DNA of 64,000 nucleotides from an uncultured Phocaeicola sp. (GTDB taxonomy: Bacteria; Bacteroidota; Bacteroidia; Bacteroidales; Bacteroidaceae): positions 1,031 through 65,030 of the forward strand of contig CAYXZF010000002.1 in the NCBI GenBank assembly GCA_964469845.1, given 5' to 3'. The notes beneath the pieces are model-generated. The model did no database searches, was not told where the DNA came from, and saw only the letters and a program-made list of their open reading frames with translations. Below, one piece after another: positions 27,280-37,894 of the stretch. Positions within the stretch are counted from its first letter, which is position 1; every line of letters starts with the position of its first letter. The position numbers and the translations under genes are program-made.

Positions 27280-29724
27280 TTACAAAGAAGTTATAAAGAG
27301 CGTAGCCGTATGCCCGTCCGCATCCTCAACGGTCAAAGTAGCTTTGCCCGACTCACGGGTGCTTTGAAGTAACACCTGCGCCAAGCCATTGAACGACTTA
27401 ACCTGATAAACGCGGCTCTCGCTATCCGATGGTCGTTCACTTGCCTGATAGGACGGGGCTCCATTGCCTACTCCCAAGATACGGACAGGACCATCCACCT
27501 TCAACATCAAATTCCGACAAGCTGTAGGGACGAACCGTCCTTTCTTATCCCGCAATTCAACACGAACAACCGCCACATCCTGATTGTCGGCACGAAGTTC
27601 GGAACGGTCGGCCGTCAGTCGGATGGCGACAGGCTCACCCGTCGTCTCCACCGTTCGGCTCAACACTTTCTTACCGTCCTTGTAGCCAATCGCCTTTACT
27701 TTGCCCGGCCGGTAGACCGCTTTCCATTCCAAATGTCCGTTCTTCGGCATGACTTTCCGTCCCATGTTCCGCCCGTTTACTATCAGTTCCACTTCCTCGC
27801 AATTGCTGTATGCCCATACATTCACCGTATCACCCTCGTGTCCTTGAAGATTCCAGTGAGGGAGCAGGTGAAGCACCGGTTCGTCCGTCCACCAAGCCTT
27901 GAGATAATAAGCCTCATCCTTGGGAAATCCACAATAGTCGAGAATGCCGAATTGAGAGCCGGTCGCAGGATATTTCATGGGGTTCGGCTCGCCTCGATAG
28001 TCAAAACCGGCCCAATAGAACAAGCCACCCAACCACGGACGTTCATCGTAAAACTTCCAACCTCTTTCGATGCAATTATAAAGGCTGTCCGGGCCATGCA
28101 CTTTCCGATTGTGCGCAACCATCAGCCCCTTTTCAGGATCATCAAAGTAAATGCCTCGTGTGCCGCATCCGCTGGTTTCCTCCGAACCGATGGCCTTGCG
28201 CCGCGGATAATCCGCCCGATGCTTCTCTACCGGATGTTGCAAAATATAATTATATCCTGCAACATCGGCGGGAATCAGTATGTGAGGACCACCACTGCTT
28301 GCCACACACATTTCGCGAGTAGGATCAAAACGATGACAATACTCACGCATGGAGGCGGCTATCCATGTTCCGTTATCCTTCCATTCTATTCCCCATTCTT
28401 CGTTCCCCACACTCCAAAGAATCACACTCGGGTGATTACGGTCGCGCTCTATCATGCGCCGCAAAAGGCGAATATGCTCTTCGTTCACTCCGGTCAGGCG
28501 GTTTTCTTCCACCACAAGGATGCCTAAACTATCGCAAGCGTCAAGCATTTCGGGAGTCATGGGGTTGTGACTGGAACGATAAGCGTTGCAGCCCATTTTC
28601 TTAAGTTCTTTCAGCCGATAGACTTGCAACGCATCGGGAATGCCCGTCCCTACCCCGGCATGATCTTGGTGCATGTTCACTCCTTTCAGTTTCACTTGCC
28701 GTCCGTTCAGCAGAAAGCCGCGATCGGCATCGAACCCGATGTGGCGGATACCTACCGGAGTCTCATATACATCCACCGTTTTTCCATCCTGTCGCAGTTC
28801 GGTTCTTACCTTATATATATAAGGATGTTCCGTGTCCCATAAACGAGGATTCTTCACCGTCATCTGCGCATGCGTGCACAGGTTGGACTTGGGACGGATT
28901 TCTTGTCCTTGCGCCTCGCATCGGGTTACTTCCCGACCTTCCGCATCCAACAAGACATGACAGAGCGTGACACCCGAAGTCGTCAATCCTTGATTCCGTA
29001 CCGTAGCTTCGACATGCAACTCGGCCTGTGTAAAAGGGACCGAAAGGTCTGCATACACAAACGTTCCGAAAGGTGCCACATGAACGGGAGCCACCTTGTT
29101 AAGCCACACGTGACGATAAATGCCTGCACCTTCGTAAAACCAACCCTCTTCCAAGGTCGCGTCGGCCCGGACAGTCACCACATTTTCGGCATCATAATTC
29201 AGATATTCGGACAGGTCGTAGATTTGCGCCGCATAGCCGCTGGGTTCATGTCCCAAATAGAATCCATTCACCCATACGCGAGCATCGCGGAAGATGCCGT
29301 CAAACTGTAAATAAATGTGCTTTCCGAAGTCTTCGGCAGGAATCGTAAAAGTCTTGCGATACCAGCCTACACTGGTTTCGGGATATTTAGACCCCACCGT
29401 CTTGTACCCGTGACTATGGCTGGCTGCTTCGGCATAAGGCAAATCCACCACCCAGTCGTGAGGCAACTTCACCGCTTTCCATTCGACACCCCATTTAACG
29501 GCGTCAAATTTAGGAGAATACGGACCTTCATTGTGAATGGAAGCCGCCTTGGTCAGGTAATTGAAATACTCGGTACCGCAACCAAAATCCTTGGCCGGAT
29601 TGGAGGCATCGCCGAAAGCGAACCACCACCCTTCGTCAAACAATATGCGTTCGCGCAGAGATTGTGCATCCACTGCAGGCATCCATGCCCACAAGCAGAA
29701 AAGAAAAGATAAAATGTGTTTCAT
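27280..29724 (-). CDS. Glycoside hydrolase family 2 (beta-galactosidase/glucuronidase-like), secreted
   Basis: Start chosen at MKHILSFLFCLWAWMPAVDAQ (signal peptide). NAYRSSHNP and WSVGNEEW (acid/base NE) motifs. About 814 aa. Confidence 0.9.
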   Translation of the reverse strand: MKHILSFLFCLWAWMPAVDAQSLRERILFDEGWWFAFGDASNPAKDFGCGTEYFNYLTKAASIHNEGPYSPKFDAVKWGVEWKAVKLPHDWVVDLPYAEAASHSHGYKTVGSKYPETSVGWYRKTFTIPAEDFGKHIYLQFDGIFRDARVWVNGFYLGHEPSGYAAQIYDLSEYLNYDAENVVTVRADATLEEGWFYEGAGIYRHVWLNKVAPVHVAPFGTFVYADLSVPFTQAELHVEATVRNQGLTTSGVTLCHVLLDAEGREVTRCEAQGQEIRPKSNLCTHAQMTVKNPRLWDTEHPYIYKVRTELRQDGKTVDVYETPVGIRHIGFDADRGFLLNGRQVKLKGVNMHQDHAGVGTGIPDALQVYRLKELKKMGCNAYRSSHNPMTPEMLDACDSLGILVVEENRLTGVNEEHIRLLRRMIERDRNHPSVILWSVGNEEWGIEWKDNGTWIAASMREYCHRFDPTREMCVASSGGPHILIPADVAGYNYILQHPVEKHRADYPRRKAIGSEETSGCGTRGIYFDDPEKGLMVAHNRKVHGPDSLYNCIERGWKFYDERPWLGGLFYWAGFDYRGEPNPMKYPATGSQFGILDYCGFPKDEAYYLKAWWTDEPVLHLLPHWNLQGHEGDTVNVWAYSNCEEVELIVNGRNMGRKVMPKNGHLEWKAVYRPGKVKAIGYKDGKKVLSRTVETTGEPVAIRLTADRSELRADNQDVAVVRVELRDKKGRFVPTACRNLMLKVDGPVRILGVGNGAPSYQASERPSDSESRVYQVKSFNGLAQVLLQSTRESGKATLTVEDADGHTATLFITSL

Positions 29725-29867
29725 AGCTATTCTATTTATGCCTGCAAAGGTAGCATTTAGCCGGAGAAGGAATGACACTATTTTAGCAAATTCAAATACT
29801 ATTCGGATAAACAAACCTTTTCACACCGGAATTGTTATCTCTCTAACCATAAACAAAAGACTGAAGT

Positions 29868-30302
29868 ATGAAAAATTTCCTGTTTCCCAGACCTATTGAA
29901 TCAAGAGGATATTCCCTCTTTCTGCTGGCGCTCCGCATCTTCTTCGGCGTGCTGATGATGAGCCACGGCATCGCCAAACTCGTCAATTACACCTCGCTGT
30001 CTTTCTCCTTCCCCGACCCGCTGGGAGTGGGACACGGAATGTCGCTGCTCTTGGCCATTTTCGGTGAGTTGGTATGTTCCATCGGCTTCATTGCGGGACT
30101 GCTCTACCGCCTTGTCATGCTCCCCATGTTGGCGGTGATGACCGTCGCCTTCTTCTGCATTCACAACGGGAACTTAGCCGAAGGCGAACTGGCGTTCATC
30201 TATTTTTACCTGTTCCTGATGATGTACATCACCGGTCCGGGCCGTTACTCGGTGGATGCCTGGATATGGCGAAGCATCCACAAGGATAAATCGGAAGAGT
30301 AA
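29868..30302 (+). CDS. DoxX family membrane protein
   Basis: 144 aa with 4 TM helices; LRIFFGVLMMSHGIAKL is typical of DoxX. Confidence 0.75.
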   Translation: MKNFLFPRPIESRGYSLFLLALRIFFGVLMMSHGIAKLVNYTSLSFSFPDPLGVGHGMSLLLAIFGELVCSIGFIAGLLYRLVMLPMLAVMTVAFFCIHNGNLAEGELAFIYFYLFLMMYITGPGRYSVDAWIWRSIHKDKSEE

Positions 30303-30304
30303 AG

Positions 30305-30886
30305 CTACAGCTTTTTCAATTCCGTGTAAAGCCGCTGAATGGGAAGCCCCATAACATTGAAGTAACTGCCGGCAATGCTCTCCACTCCCACAAAGCCAAT
30401 CCACTCTTGGATGCCATACGAGCCCGCCTTGTCCATCGGACGATAGCGTTCCACATAGTACGCGATTTCTTCCTCGGACAAGGCCGCAAAAGTAACATCC
30501 GTCACGGTGGAGAAGGCTTTTTGGCTGTAAGAGGTCGTCAGGCATACACCGGTAATGACCTGATGCGTCTGTCCGGACAACGCACGCAACATACGCCGCG
30601 CATCAGCTTCGTCCTTAGGTTTGCCCATCACCTCGCCACCCAGCCAAACAATGGTGTCGGCAGTGATAATCAGTTCATCTTCCTGCATCAACGCTTGATA
30701 GGCGGCCGCCTTTTCGCGGGCTATGTAGACCGGGATGTCGGCTCCTGCCAATCCATCGGGATAAGACTCGTCGATACCGGGCAGAGTTTTTACTTCGTAA
30801 CGGATGCCAAGTCCCGAAAGCAATTCTTTGCGGCGCGGCGAATTGGAAGCCAGCACCACTTTGTATTTGTTTAAATTTTTCAACAT
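30305..30886 (-). CDS. maf: Maf-like nucleoside triphosphate pyrophosphatase
   Basis: Start chosen at MLKNLNKYKVVLASNSPRRKELL (canonical Maf N-terminus). 193 aa. Confidence 0.9.
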   Translation of the reverse strand: MLKNLNKYKVVLASNSPRRKELLSGLGIRYEVKTLPGIDESYPDGLAGADIPVYIAREKAAAYQALMQEDELIITADTIVWLGGEVMGKPKDEADARRMLRALSGQTHQVITGVCLTTSYSQKAFSTVTDVTFAALSEEEIAYYVERYRPMDKAGSYGIQEWIGFVGVESIAGSYFNVMGLPIQRLYTELKKL

Positions 30887-30887
30887 A

Positions 30888-31406
30888 TCACCAACCGAAA
30901 GCTTTTGAGTCCGACATCCATTTACCTTGCGCACGAAGCACTTGTTCCACCACATCTCGACCGCAACCGTAACCGCCGTCGCGATGCGAAATGTAAAGAG
31001 ATATTTCCTTAATTTCGGGAGCGGCATCGGCCGGACAACAAGGACATCCACACTTCCGCATCACCTCATAGTCGGGAATATCATCTCCCATATAAAGGAT
31101 TTCCTCGTCTTTCAAGCCATAGACCTCTTTCAGACGTTCGTACTCCTTGATTTTAACCGAAGCGCCGAGGCACACTTCGCGAATACCCAATCCTTCGTAA
31201 CGCTTGCGAACGGCTTCAGTCTTCCCGCCGGTAATGATGGCCACCAACAGACCGCACTTCACGGCAAACTGAAGCGCATAGCCGTCCTTGATGTTGACGG
31301 AACGCATCGGCTCGCCTCCGGGATAAAGCGAAATGGTTTCGCTACTCAATACGCCGTCCACATCGAACATGACGGCCTTTACCTTTTTTAAATCGTAGTT
31401 TATCAT
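30888..31406 (-). CDS. kdsC: KDO 8-phosphate phosphatase (HAD-IIIA)
   Basis: 172 aa; FDVDGVLS (DxDG) motif and GDDIPD motif. Confidence 0.85.
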   Translation of the reverse strand: MINYDLKKVKAVMFDVDGVLSSETISLYPGGEPMRSVNIKDGYALQFAVKCGLLVAIITGGKTEAVRKRYEGLGIREVCLGASVKIKEYERLKEVYGLKDEEILYMGDDIPDYEVMRKCGCPCCPADAAPEIKEISLYISHRDGGYGCGRDVVEQVLRAQGKWMSDSKAFGW

Positions 31407-31421
31407 CGATATATAAAATAA

Positions 31422-32183
31422 TCAACCATAAATGCTTTTACTTATCTTTTCATAGAGTTCCCGCAGTTGCGGATCGTCTGCCAGCATGTCCGAATGCTTG
31501 CACATGACATTGGTGTCGCGACGAACGGCAGGACCCGTCTGCGCCTGAGCAGGAGAAAGTTCGTGTACCTTGCGAGCCGTTTCGTCTATCAGCGGAAGCA
31601 TCGCCTCGAAAGGCAAGCCCTTCGACTCCAGCAGACGGGCACTCAAGGCATACATGTGGTTCGTGAAATTGCAGGCAAAGACAGCAGCCACATGCAGATA
31701 CATCCGCTGTTCGGAAGTGGCTTCGTACACCTTCGGACTCAGAGATCGCGCCAAAGCCTTCAACACCTCCAAATCCCCGCCATCGAGAGCTTCAACGAAA
31801 AACGACACGGTGGAAAAATCGACGGCACGGGCTTTACTGAAAGTCTGCATGGGGTAAAGCACCCCGTAACGGCGGGCATACCCCTTCCAAAGACTCATCG
31901 GCAGGCTACCAGCCGTGTGGACAAAAAGAGCGTCCTCTCTCCCCTTCACTATCGCGGGAATCAATTCGGGAAGCGCGACATCCTTAACAGCCGCCACATA
32001 GAGGTCGGCATCGGTACAGAGCGCATCGACCGAAGTCGTAAACGACGCCCCCAACCTGCCCGCCAACCGCAAAGCCGACTCTTCCGTCCGGCTAAAGACC
32101 TGCACCACTTCGTTTCCCGCTTTCTGTAAAGCGAGTGCCAAGTGTGTTGCGACATTACCGGCTCCAATCAATACGATCCTCAT
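31422..32183 (-). CDS. Rossmann-fold NADP oxidoreductase-like / DUF2520 protein
   Basis: MRIVLIGAGNVATHLA dinucleotide-binding motif. 253 aa. Overlaps the upstream nitroreductase gene by 4 nt. Confidence 0.7.
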   Translation of the reverse strand: MRIVLIGAGNVATHLALALQKAGNEVVQVFSRTEESALRLAGRLGASFTTSVDALCTDADLYVAAVKDVALPELIPAIVKGREDALFVHTAGSLPMSLWKGYARRYGVLYPMQTFSKARAVDFSTVSFFVEALDGGDLEVLKALARSLSPKVYEATSEQRMYLHVAAVFACNFTNHMYALSARLLESKGLPFEAMLPLIDETARKVHELSPAQAQTGPAVRRDTNVMCKHSDMLADDPQLRELYEKISKSIYG

Positions 32184-32719
32184 TCTTGCGTTCCGTATTT
32201 ATTAAGGTGTACCTTTTCCCACTGCAGATGCTCCTCGTCAAACGGTTTTCGTTCCATCCCCTTATGACCGACAGCCACGATGCTCAACACCTGAAGCTGA
32301 AAAGGGATATCGAGTACCTCGCGCACATATTCATCGGACGGGACGCCATCGGCGGTTTGCCGTTCGCGAATCTGAATCCAGCAACTGCCCAAGCCTAAAT
32401 CTTCGGCCTGAAACTGAATCATGAGCGTAGCAATCGCCGCATCCTCTATCCATACGTCACTCTCCAACGGATCGGCCAGCACCACGATGCCCAAGGCGGC
32501 CTCCGCCAGAAAAGACGAAGCCATCGCCTTGCTTCGCGAGAGCCTGCACAAGGTTTCTTTATCATCCACCACCACAAACTGCCAAGGGTTTTTCCGTTTG
32601 GACGAAGGCGACATCAAAGCAGCCTTCATCAAGCCCACCACTTCGTCCTGAGTCAATTCCTGCGAAGTGAACTTACGCATACTCCGCCGGTTCTTTATCA
32701 AATCACTGAAATGTTTCAT
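32180..32719 (-). CDS. Nitroreductase family protein
   Basis: 179 aa; NRRSMRKF N-terminal FMN-binding motif. Confidence 0.85.
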   Translation of the reverse strand: MKHFSDLIKNRRSMRKFTSQELTQDEVVGLMKAALMSPSSKRKNPWQFVVVDDKETLCRLSRSKAMASSFLAEAALGIVVLADPLESDVWIEDAAIATLMIQFQAEDLGLGSCWIQIRERQTADGVPSDEYVREVLDIPFQLQVLSIVAVGHKGMERKPFDEEHLQWEKVHLNKYGTQE

Positions 32720-33114
32720 TGTTCTATTCCTGTTTTTGGGATTTCCCTACAAATATACGATTAGTCTATGAAACGCTCAACAAAAAAGTTTATTTTTATA
32801 TCATGGCTACGGCTTCTAGGCTTCGAAAGCAGTCTCATTTCCCTCCCTGACTACTTTAATCGCTTGTTCTGACTACTCTTACAAAGTTCTGAAAGCAGTC
32901 TGACCGTAACCGACAAGACGAGGGAAAAGCGGTGACAGACCAAAGAAGGGTGACGGGGATGCGCTTCTCGATTTTGTCGCCAACAATGCAAAAATGAAAA
33001 ATAAAATAAAAGATAATGGAAGAAATATTTCTTTATTTTAATGGAATTTGCTTACTTTGTACCACTCAATAAAGTTGAGTGACAACATGTAGAACTCATC
33101 AAAATTATACAATT

Positions 33115-33534
33115 ATGAAAATTTCGCACATCGAACATTTAGGTATCGCTGTGAAGAGCATCGAAGAAGCTCTCCCCTATTACGAAAACGTGTTGGGCTT
33201 GAAGTGCTACAACATTGAAACAGTAGAAGACCAGAAAGTGAGAACCGCTTTCCTGAAAGTGGGCGACGTAAAGATTGAGCTCCTCGAACCGACCTGTCCC
33301 GAAAGCACCATCGCCAAGTTTATCGAAAAGAACAACGGCAACGGCGGCATGCACCATTTGGCTTTCGCGGTAGAAGACGGAGTGGCCAACGCATTGACCG
33401 AGGCCGAAGGAACAGGCATCCGGCTCATCGACAAAGCGCTGCGCAAGGGTGCCGAAGGATTAAGCATCGCTTTCCTTCATCCGAAATCAACCCTCGGTGT
33501 ACTGACCGAACTTTGCGAAAATCCGAATAAATAA
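33115..33534 (+). CDS. mce: Methylmalonyl-CoA epimerase (VOC family)
   Basis: Start chosen at MKISHIEHLGIAVKSIEEALPYYENVLG. About 139 aa. First gene of the methylmalonyl-CoA decarboxylase operon. Confidence 0.9.
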   Translation: MKISHIEHLGIAVKSIEEALPYYENVLGLKCYNIETVEDQKVRTAFLKVGDVKIELLEPTCPESTIAKFIEKNNGNGGMHHLAFAVEDGVANALTEAEGTGIRLIDKALRKGAEGLSIAFLHPKSTLGVLTELCENPNK

Positions 33535-33626
33535 GAACAAGCCTCCGCCTTCGGACACCTCTTCCCGGCGGGTTGTCCGAATGACGGGAAAAGCAAAAAA
33601 TCAACCATCATAAACCAGTAATCAAA

Positions 33627-35180
33627 ATGAGCAATCAACTTGAAAAAATAAAAGAACTCATCGACCGCAGAGCAGCAGCACGTTTGGGCGGTGGTGAAAA
33701 GGCTATCGCCAAGCAACACGATAAGGGTAAATACACAGCCCGCGAACGCATCGCCATGCTGTTGGACGAAGGCAGCTTTGAAGAAATGGACATGTTTGTA
33801 GAACACAGATGTACCAACTTCGGCATGGAGAAAAAGCATTATCCGGGTGACGGCGTAGTGACCGGTTGCGGTACTATCGACGGCCGTTTGGTTTACATCT
33901 TCGCCCAAGACTTCACCGTTTCCGCCGGCTCGCTGTCGGAAACCATGTCGCAAAAAATTTGCAAGGTCATGGATCAGGCCATGAAGATGGGTGCTCCCTG
34001 CATCGGCATCAACGACTCGGGCGGCGCACGTATTCAGGAAGGCATCAACGCCCTTGCCGGCTATGCGGAAATCTTCCAGCGCAACATTCTCGCGTCGGGT
34101 GTGATTCCGCAGATTTCGGGAATTTTCGGTCCCTGTGCGGGCGGTGCCGTGTATTCTCCGGCTCTGACCGACTTCACCCTCATGATGGAAGGCACCTCAT
34201 ACATGTTCCTCACCGGTCCGAAGGTGGTAAAGACCGTAACCGGCGAAGATGTATCGCAAGAAAACCTTGGCGGCGCCAGCGTTCACTCGACCAAGAGCGG
34301 TGTAACCCACTTCACGGCGCAGACCGAAGAAGAAGCCCTCGCCCTCATCCGCAAGCTCCTCAGCTATATTCCGCAGAACAACCTCGAAGAAGCTCCATAC
34401 CTGGACTGCACCGACCCGATTGACCGACTGGAAGATTCGCTCAACGAAATCATCCCCGACAGCCCCAACAAGCCTTACGACATGTACGAAGTGATTGGTG
34501 CCATCGTGGACAACGGCGAGTTCCTCGAAGTACAGAAAGACTATGCCAAGAATATCATCATCGGCTTCGCACGCTTCAACGGCCAGTCTGTAGGTATCGT
34601 CGCCAACCAGCCGAAGTTTCTGGCAGGTGTATTGGACAGCAACGCTTCCCGGAAAGGTGCCCGTTTCGTACGTTTCTGCGACGCGTTCAATATCCCCATT
34701 GTTTCATTGGTAGACGTACCGGGATTCCTTCCGGGTACGGGACAGGAATACAACGGCGTCATCCTCCACGGTGCCAAGTTGCTCTACGCTTACGGCGAAG
34801 CTACCGTGCCCAAAGTAACCGTTACACTCCGCAAGTCATACGGCGGTTCACACATCGTGATGAGCTGTAAGCAGCTCCGCGGCGACATGAACTACGCATG
34901 GCCGACAGCCGAAATCGCCGTGATGGGCGGTGCCGGTGCCGTAGAAGTATTGTACGCACGCGAAGCCAAGGAACAAGCCGATCCGGCCGCATTCCTCGCC
35001 GAAAAGGAAGCCGAATACACCAAGTTGTTCGCCAACCCGTACAATGCCGCCAAGTATGGCTACATTGACGATGTCATCGAACCTCGCAACACCCGCTTCC
35101 GCATCATCCGCGCCTTGCAGCAGTTGCAGACCAAGAAACTGACCAACCCTGCCAAGAAGCATGGTAACATTCCTTTGTAA
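33627..35180 (+). CDS. mmdA: Methylmalonyl-CoA decarboxylase alpha subunit (carboxyltransferase)
   Basis: 517 aa; strong colinearity with the propionyl-CoA carboxylase beta / MmdA family ([20 protein letters not shown]). Confidence 0.93.
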   Translation: MSNQLEKIKELIDRRAAARLGGGEKAIAKQHDKGKYTARERIAMLLDEGSFEEMDMFVEHRCTNFGMEKKHYPGDGVVTGCGTIDGRLVYIFAQDFTVSAGSLSETMSQKICKVMDQAMKMGAPCIGINDSGGARIQEGINALAGYAEIFQRNILASGVIPQISGIFGPCAGGAVYSPALTDFTLMMEGTSYMFLTGPKVVKTVTGEDVSQENLGGASVHSTKSGVTHFTAQTEEEALALIRKLLSYIPQNNLEEAPYLDCTDPIDRLEDSLNEIIPDSPNKPYDMYEVIGAIVDNGEFLEVQKDYAKNIIIGFARFNGQSVGIVANQPKFLAGVLDSNASRKGARFVRFCDAFNIPIVSLVDVPGFLPGTGQEYNGVILHGAKLLYAYGEATVPKVTVTLRKSYGGSHIVMSCKQLRGDMNYAWPTAEIAVMGGAGAVEVLYAREAKEQADPAAFLAEKEAEYTKLFANPYNAAKYGYIDDVIEPRNTRFRIIRALQQLQTKKLTNPAKKHGNIPL

Positions 35181-35206
35181 TCATCCCCCTAAAAACAAGA
35201 ACGATT

Positions 35207-36133
35207 ATGAATAAGAAAAAAACCGGATGGCTTCTGTCTATGGCGATGATGCTGGGGTTGGCTTCTTGCGGAGAAAAAGAAGTGAACACCAAGCTGATTC
35301 TGAACGAAGTGCTGATTGAAAACCAAACGAATTTTCAAGACGACTACGGCGTTCAAAGTGCCTGGATTGAAGTGTTCAACAAATCGTATAGCAGTGCCAA
35401 TCTGGCGGGTTACTACCTCAAGGTGAGCAACCACCCCGGCGATACGGCCTCTTATTTTATTCCGAAAGGCGACGTGCTGACCATCGTGAAGCCTCGCCAA
35501 CACGCCCTCTTCTGGGCCGACGGACAACCCAACCGCGGAACATTCCACACCAACTTCGTACTGGAAGGAGGCACCGACACGTGGGTAGGCTTGTATGATT
35601 CCGGCAAGAAGCTGGTAGACCAAGTGGTTGTTCCGGCCAACACCTTGCAGGCCGATCAGTCGTATGCCCGCGTAAACGACGCGTCCGCCGAATGGGAAGT
35701 GAAAGGCGGCAGCGAAAACAAGTATGTAACTCCGAGTACCAACAACCAGACGCAGAACGGTAATCCCAAGATGGAAAAGTTCCAGCTGCACGACGGCGTA
35801 GGCATCGGCATGGCCATCACCGCCATGGGAGTGGTATTCTTCGGCTTGCTGCTGCTCTACATCTGCTTCCGTTTCATCGGCAAGGCCGCCGTGAGCGTAT
35901 TCCGCAAGAACGCCATGAAGAGCAAGGACATCACTTGCAAGGAAGAAGCCAAGGAAAAGAAACTGGGCGAAGCTCCGGGCGAAGTCTTTGCGGCCATCGC
36001 GTTGGCTATGCACGAAATGCAGAGCGATGTACACGATGTGGAAGACACCGTGCTTACCATCACCCGCGTAAAGCGCAGCTACTCACCGTGGAGTTCGAAG
36101 ATTTACACCCTGCGCGAAACTCCCAAGAAATAA
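35207..36133 (+). CDS. Lamin-tail-domain / OadG-like membrane subunit of the decarboxylase (fusion)
   Basis: Lipobox GLASC. LTD-like LILNEVL..WIEVFN..YYL segment, one TM helix (MGVVFFGLLLLYICFRFIG), then an OadG-like C-terminal region. Confidence 0.7.
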   Translation: MNKKKTGWLLSMAMMLGLASCGEKEVNTKLILNEVLIENQTNFQDDYGVQSAWIEVFNKSYSSANLAGYYLKVSNHPGDTASYFIPKGDVLTIVKPRQHALFWADGQPNRGTFHTNFVLEGGTDTWVGLYDSGKKLVDQVVVPANTLQADQSYARVNDASAEWEVKGGSENKYVTPSTNNQTQNGNPKMEKFQLHDGVGIGMAITAMGVVFFGLLLLYICFRFIGKAAVSVFRKNAMKSKDITCKEEAKEKKLGEAPGEVFAAIALAMHEMQSDVHDVEDTVLTITRVKRSYSPWSSKIYTLRETPKK

Positions 36134-36163
36134 AGTCTATCACCCTATTTAAAAGATAAAAGA

Positions 36164-36589
36164 ATGAAAGAATATAAATATAAAATCAATGGCAACCTTT
36201 ATAACGTAGTCATTGGCGACATTGAAGACAACATTGCCCACGTAGAGGTAAATGGCACTCACTACAACGTAGAAATGGAAAAGAAGCCGAAAGCCGCTCC
36301 CGTAGCGGTGAAGCCCGTAGCCCGTCCGGCCGTCAAGCCGGCTGCCGCTGCTCCCGCCAAGCCTGCCGCCGCGGCCAAGAGCGGCGTGAAGTCACCGTTG
36401 CCGGGTGTTATCCTCGACATCAAGGTGAAAGAAGGCGACACCGTGAAGAAGGGCCAGACGGTCATCATCCTCGAAGCCATGAAGATGGAAAACAGCATCA
36501 ACGCCGACAAAGACGGAAAGATAACCTCCATCCTTGTCAGCAAGGGAGAATCCGTTTTGGAAGGTACTGACCTCGTAATCATTGAATAG
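36164..36589 (+). CDS. Biotin carboxyl carrier subunit of the decarboxylase
   Basis: 141 aa; Ala/Pro-rich linker and the biotinylation motif EAMKMEN. Confidence 0.92.
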   Translation: MKEYKYKINGNLYNVVIGDIEDNIAHVEVNGTHYNVEMEKKPKAAPVAVKPVARPAVKPAAAAPAKPAAAAKSGVKSPLPGVILDIKVKEGDTVKKGQTVIILEAMKMENSINADKDGKITSILVSKGESVLEGTDLVIIE

Positions 36590-36590
36590 T

Positions 36591-37751
36591 ATGGGCGAAT
36601 TTATTAATTTTATCGGGAATAACCTGGCCGACTTCTGGACATATACGGGTTTTGCCAATGCAACGACAGGACACCTTATCATGATTCTGGTAGGTTTATT
36701 CTTCATCTATCTGGCTGTAGCCAAAGAGTTTGAACCGATGCTGCTGATTCCTATCGGCTTCGGTATGCTGATTGGCAACATTCCTTTCAACATGGAAGCC
36801 GGACTTCAAGTCGGCATCTATGAAGAAGGATCTGTATTGAACATTCTCTATCAAGGGGTGACTTCGGGCTGGTATCCGCCGCTCATCTTCTTGGGCATCG
36901 GTGCCATGACCGACTTCTCGGCGTTGATATCCAATCCGAAACTGATGCTGATCGGTGCTGCTGCCCAGTTCGGTATCTTCGGTGCTTATATGATTGCCTT
37001 GGCACTGGGCTTCGACCCGATGCAGGCAGGTGCTATCGGCATCATCGGTGGTGCCGATGGTCCTACCGCCATCTTCCTTTCTTCCAAGTTGGCTCCGAAC
37101 CTCATGGGTGCCATCGCCGTATCGGCCTACTCTTACATGGCCTTGGTTCCGGTCATCCAGCCGCCTATCATGCGTTTGCTCACAACGAAGAAAGAACGTG
37201 TGATGCGTATGCCGGCTCCTCGCGTGGTATCGCACACCGAAAAGGTCATGTTCCCCATCATCGGTCTGTTGCTCACCTGCTTCTTGGTTCCCTCCGGCCT
37301 GCCTTTGTTGGGCATGTTGTTCTTCGGCAACCTGTTGAAGGAAAGCGGTGTAACCCGCCGTTTGGCCGAGACCGCCCGCGGTCCGCTGATTGACACCATC
37401 ACGATGCTTTTGGGTTTGACCGTAGGTGCCTCTACACAGGCTTCCGAGTTCTTGACATTCGATTCGATACTCATCTTCGGTCTGGGTGCCTTGTCATTCA
37501 CCATCGCCACCGCTTCGGGCGTACTCTTCGTGAAGATATTCAACCTCGTGTTGCCGAAAGCCAAGCGCATCAATCCGCTTATCGGTAATGCCGGTGTATC
37601 GGCCGTCCCCGACTCGGCCCGTATCTCTCAGATTATCGGTTTGGAATACGACCCGACCAACTATCTGTTGATGCACGCCATGGGTCCGAATGTGGCAGGT
37701 GTCATCGGTTCGGCTGTAGCCGCCGGTATCCTCCTCGGATTCTTGATGTAA
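36591..37751 (+). CDS. Na+-translocating decarboxylase beta subunit (OadB/MmdB family)
   Basis: About 386 aa polytopic membrane protein with the conserved GAADGPT-like segment (GGADGPTAIF). An alternative TTG start lies at 36582. Confidence 0.92.
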   Translation: MGEFINFIGNNLADFWTYTGFANATTGHLIMILVGLFFIYLAVAKEFEPMLLIPIGFGMLIGNIPFNMEAGLQVGIYEEGSVLNILYQGVTSGWYPPLIFLGIGAMTDFSALISNPKLMLIGAAAQFGIFGAYMIALALGFDPMQAGAIGIIGGADGPTAIFLSSKLAPNLMGAIAVSAYSYMALVPVIQPPIMRLLTTKKERVMRMPAPRVVSHTEKVMFPIIGLLLTCFLVPSGLPLLGMLFFGNLLKESGVTRRLAETARGPLIDTITMLLGLTVGASTQASEFLTFDSILIFGLGALSFTIATASGVLFVKIFNLVLPKAKRINPLIGNAGVSAVPDSARISQIIGLEYDPTNYLLMHAMGPNVAGVIGSAVAAGILLGFLM

Positions 37752-37775
37752 TATCCGGATTTTTCAAATATGAGC

Positions 37776-37811
37776 AGAGCGGCTTTCCTTCGGGAGAGCC
37801 GCTCTCTTGTT
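37776..37811 (+). terminator. Intrinsic terminator after the decarboxylase operon
   Basis: AGAGCGGCTTTCC TTCG GGAGAGCCGCTCT hairpin followed by a weak T tract. Confidence 0.55.
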
Positions 37812-37894
37812 AAACAGGGGTAGTAAAGAAAATCCTTCAGATGCTTCAGCATCAGCCAATGCAACGTCATTTATCTCATGATTCGATGCAACTT

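Noticed and set aside
32921-32941. Possible cobalamin riboswitch (AGGGAAAAGCGGTGACAGACC resembles the AGGGAA..GGTG..A..CC core).
   Set aside because: No downstream B12 box (GCCACTG-like) and no matching closing helices could be found by eye. The downstream operon is not a typical B12-regulated target. It is kept only as something for an Rfam scan to exclude.
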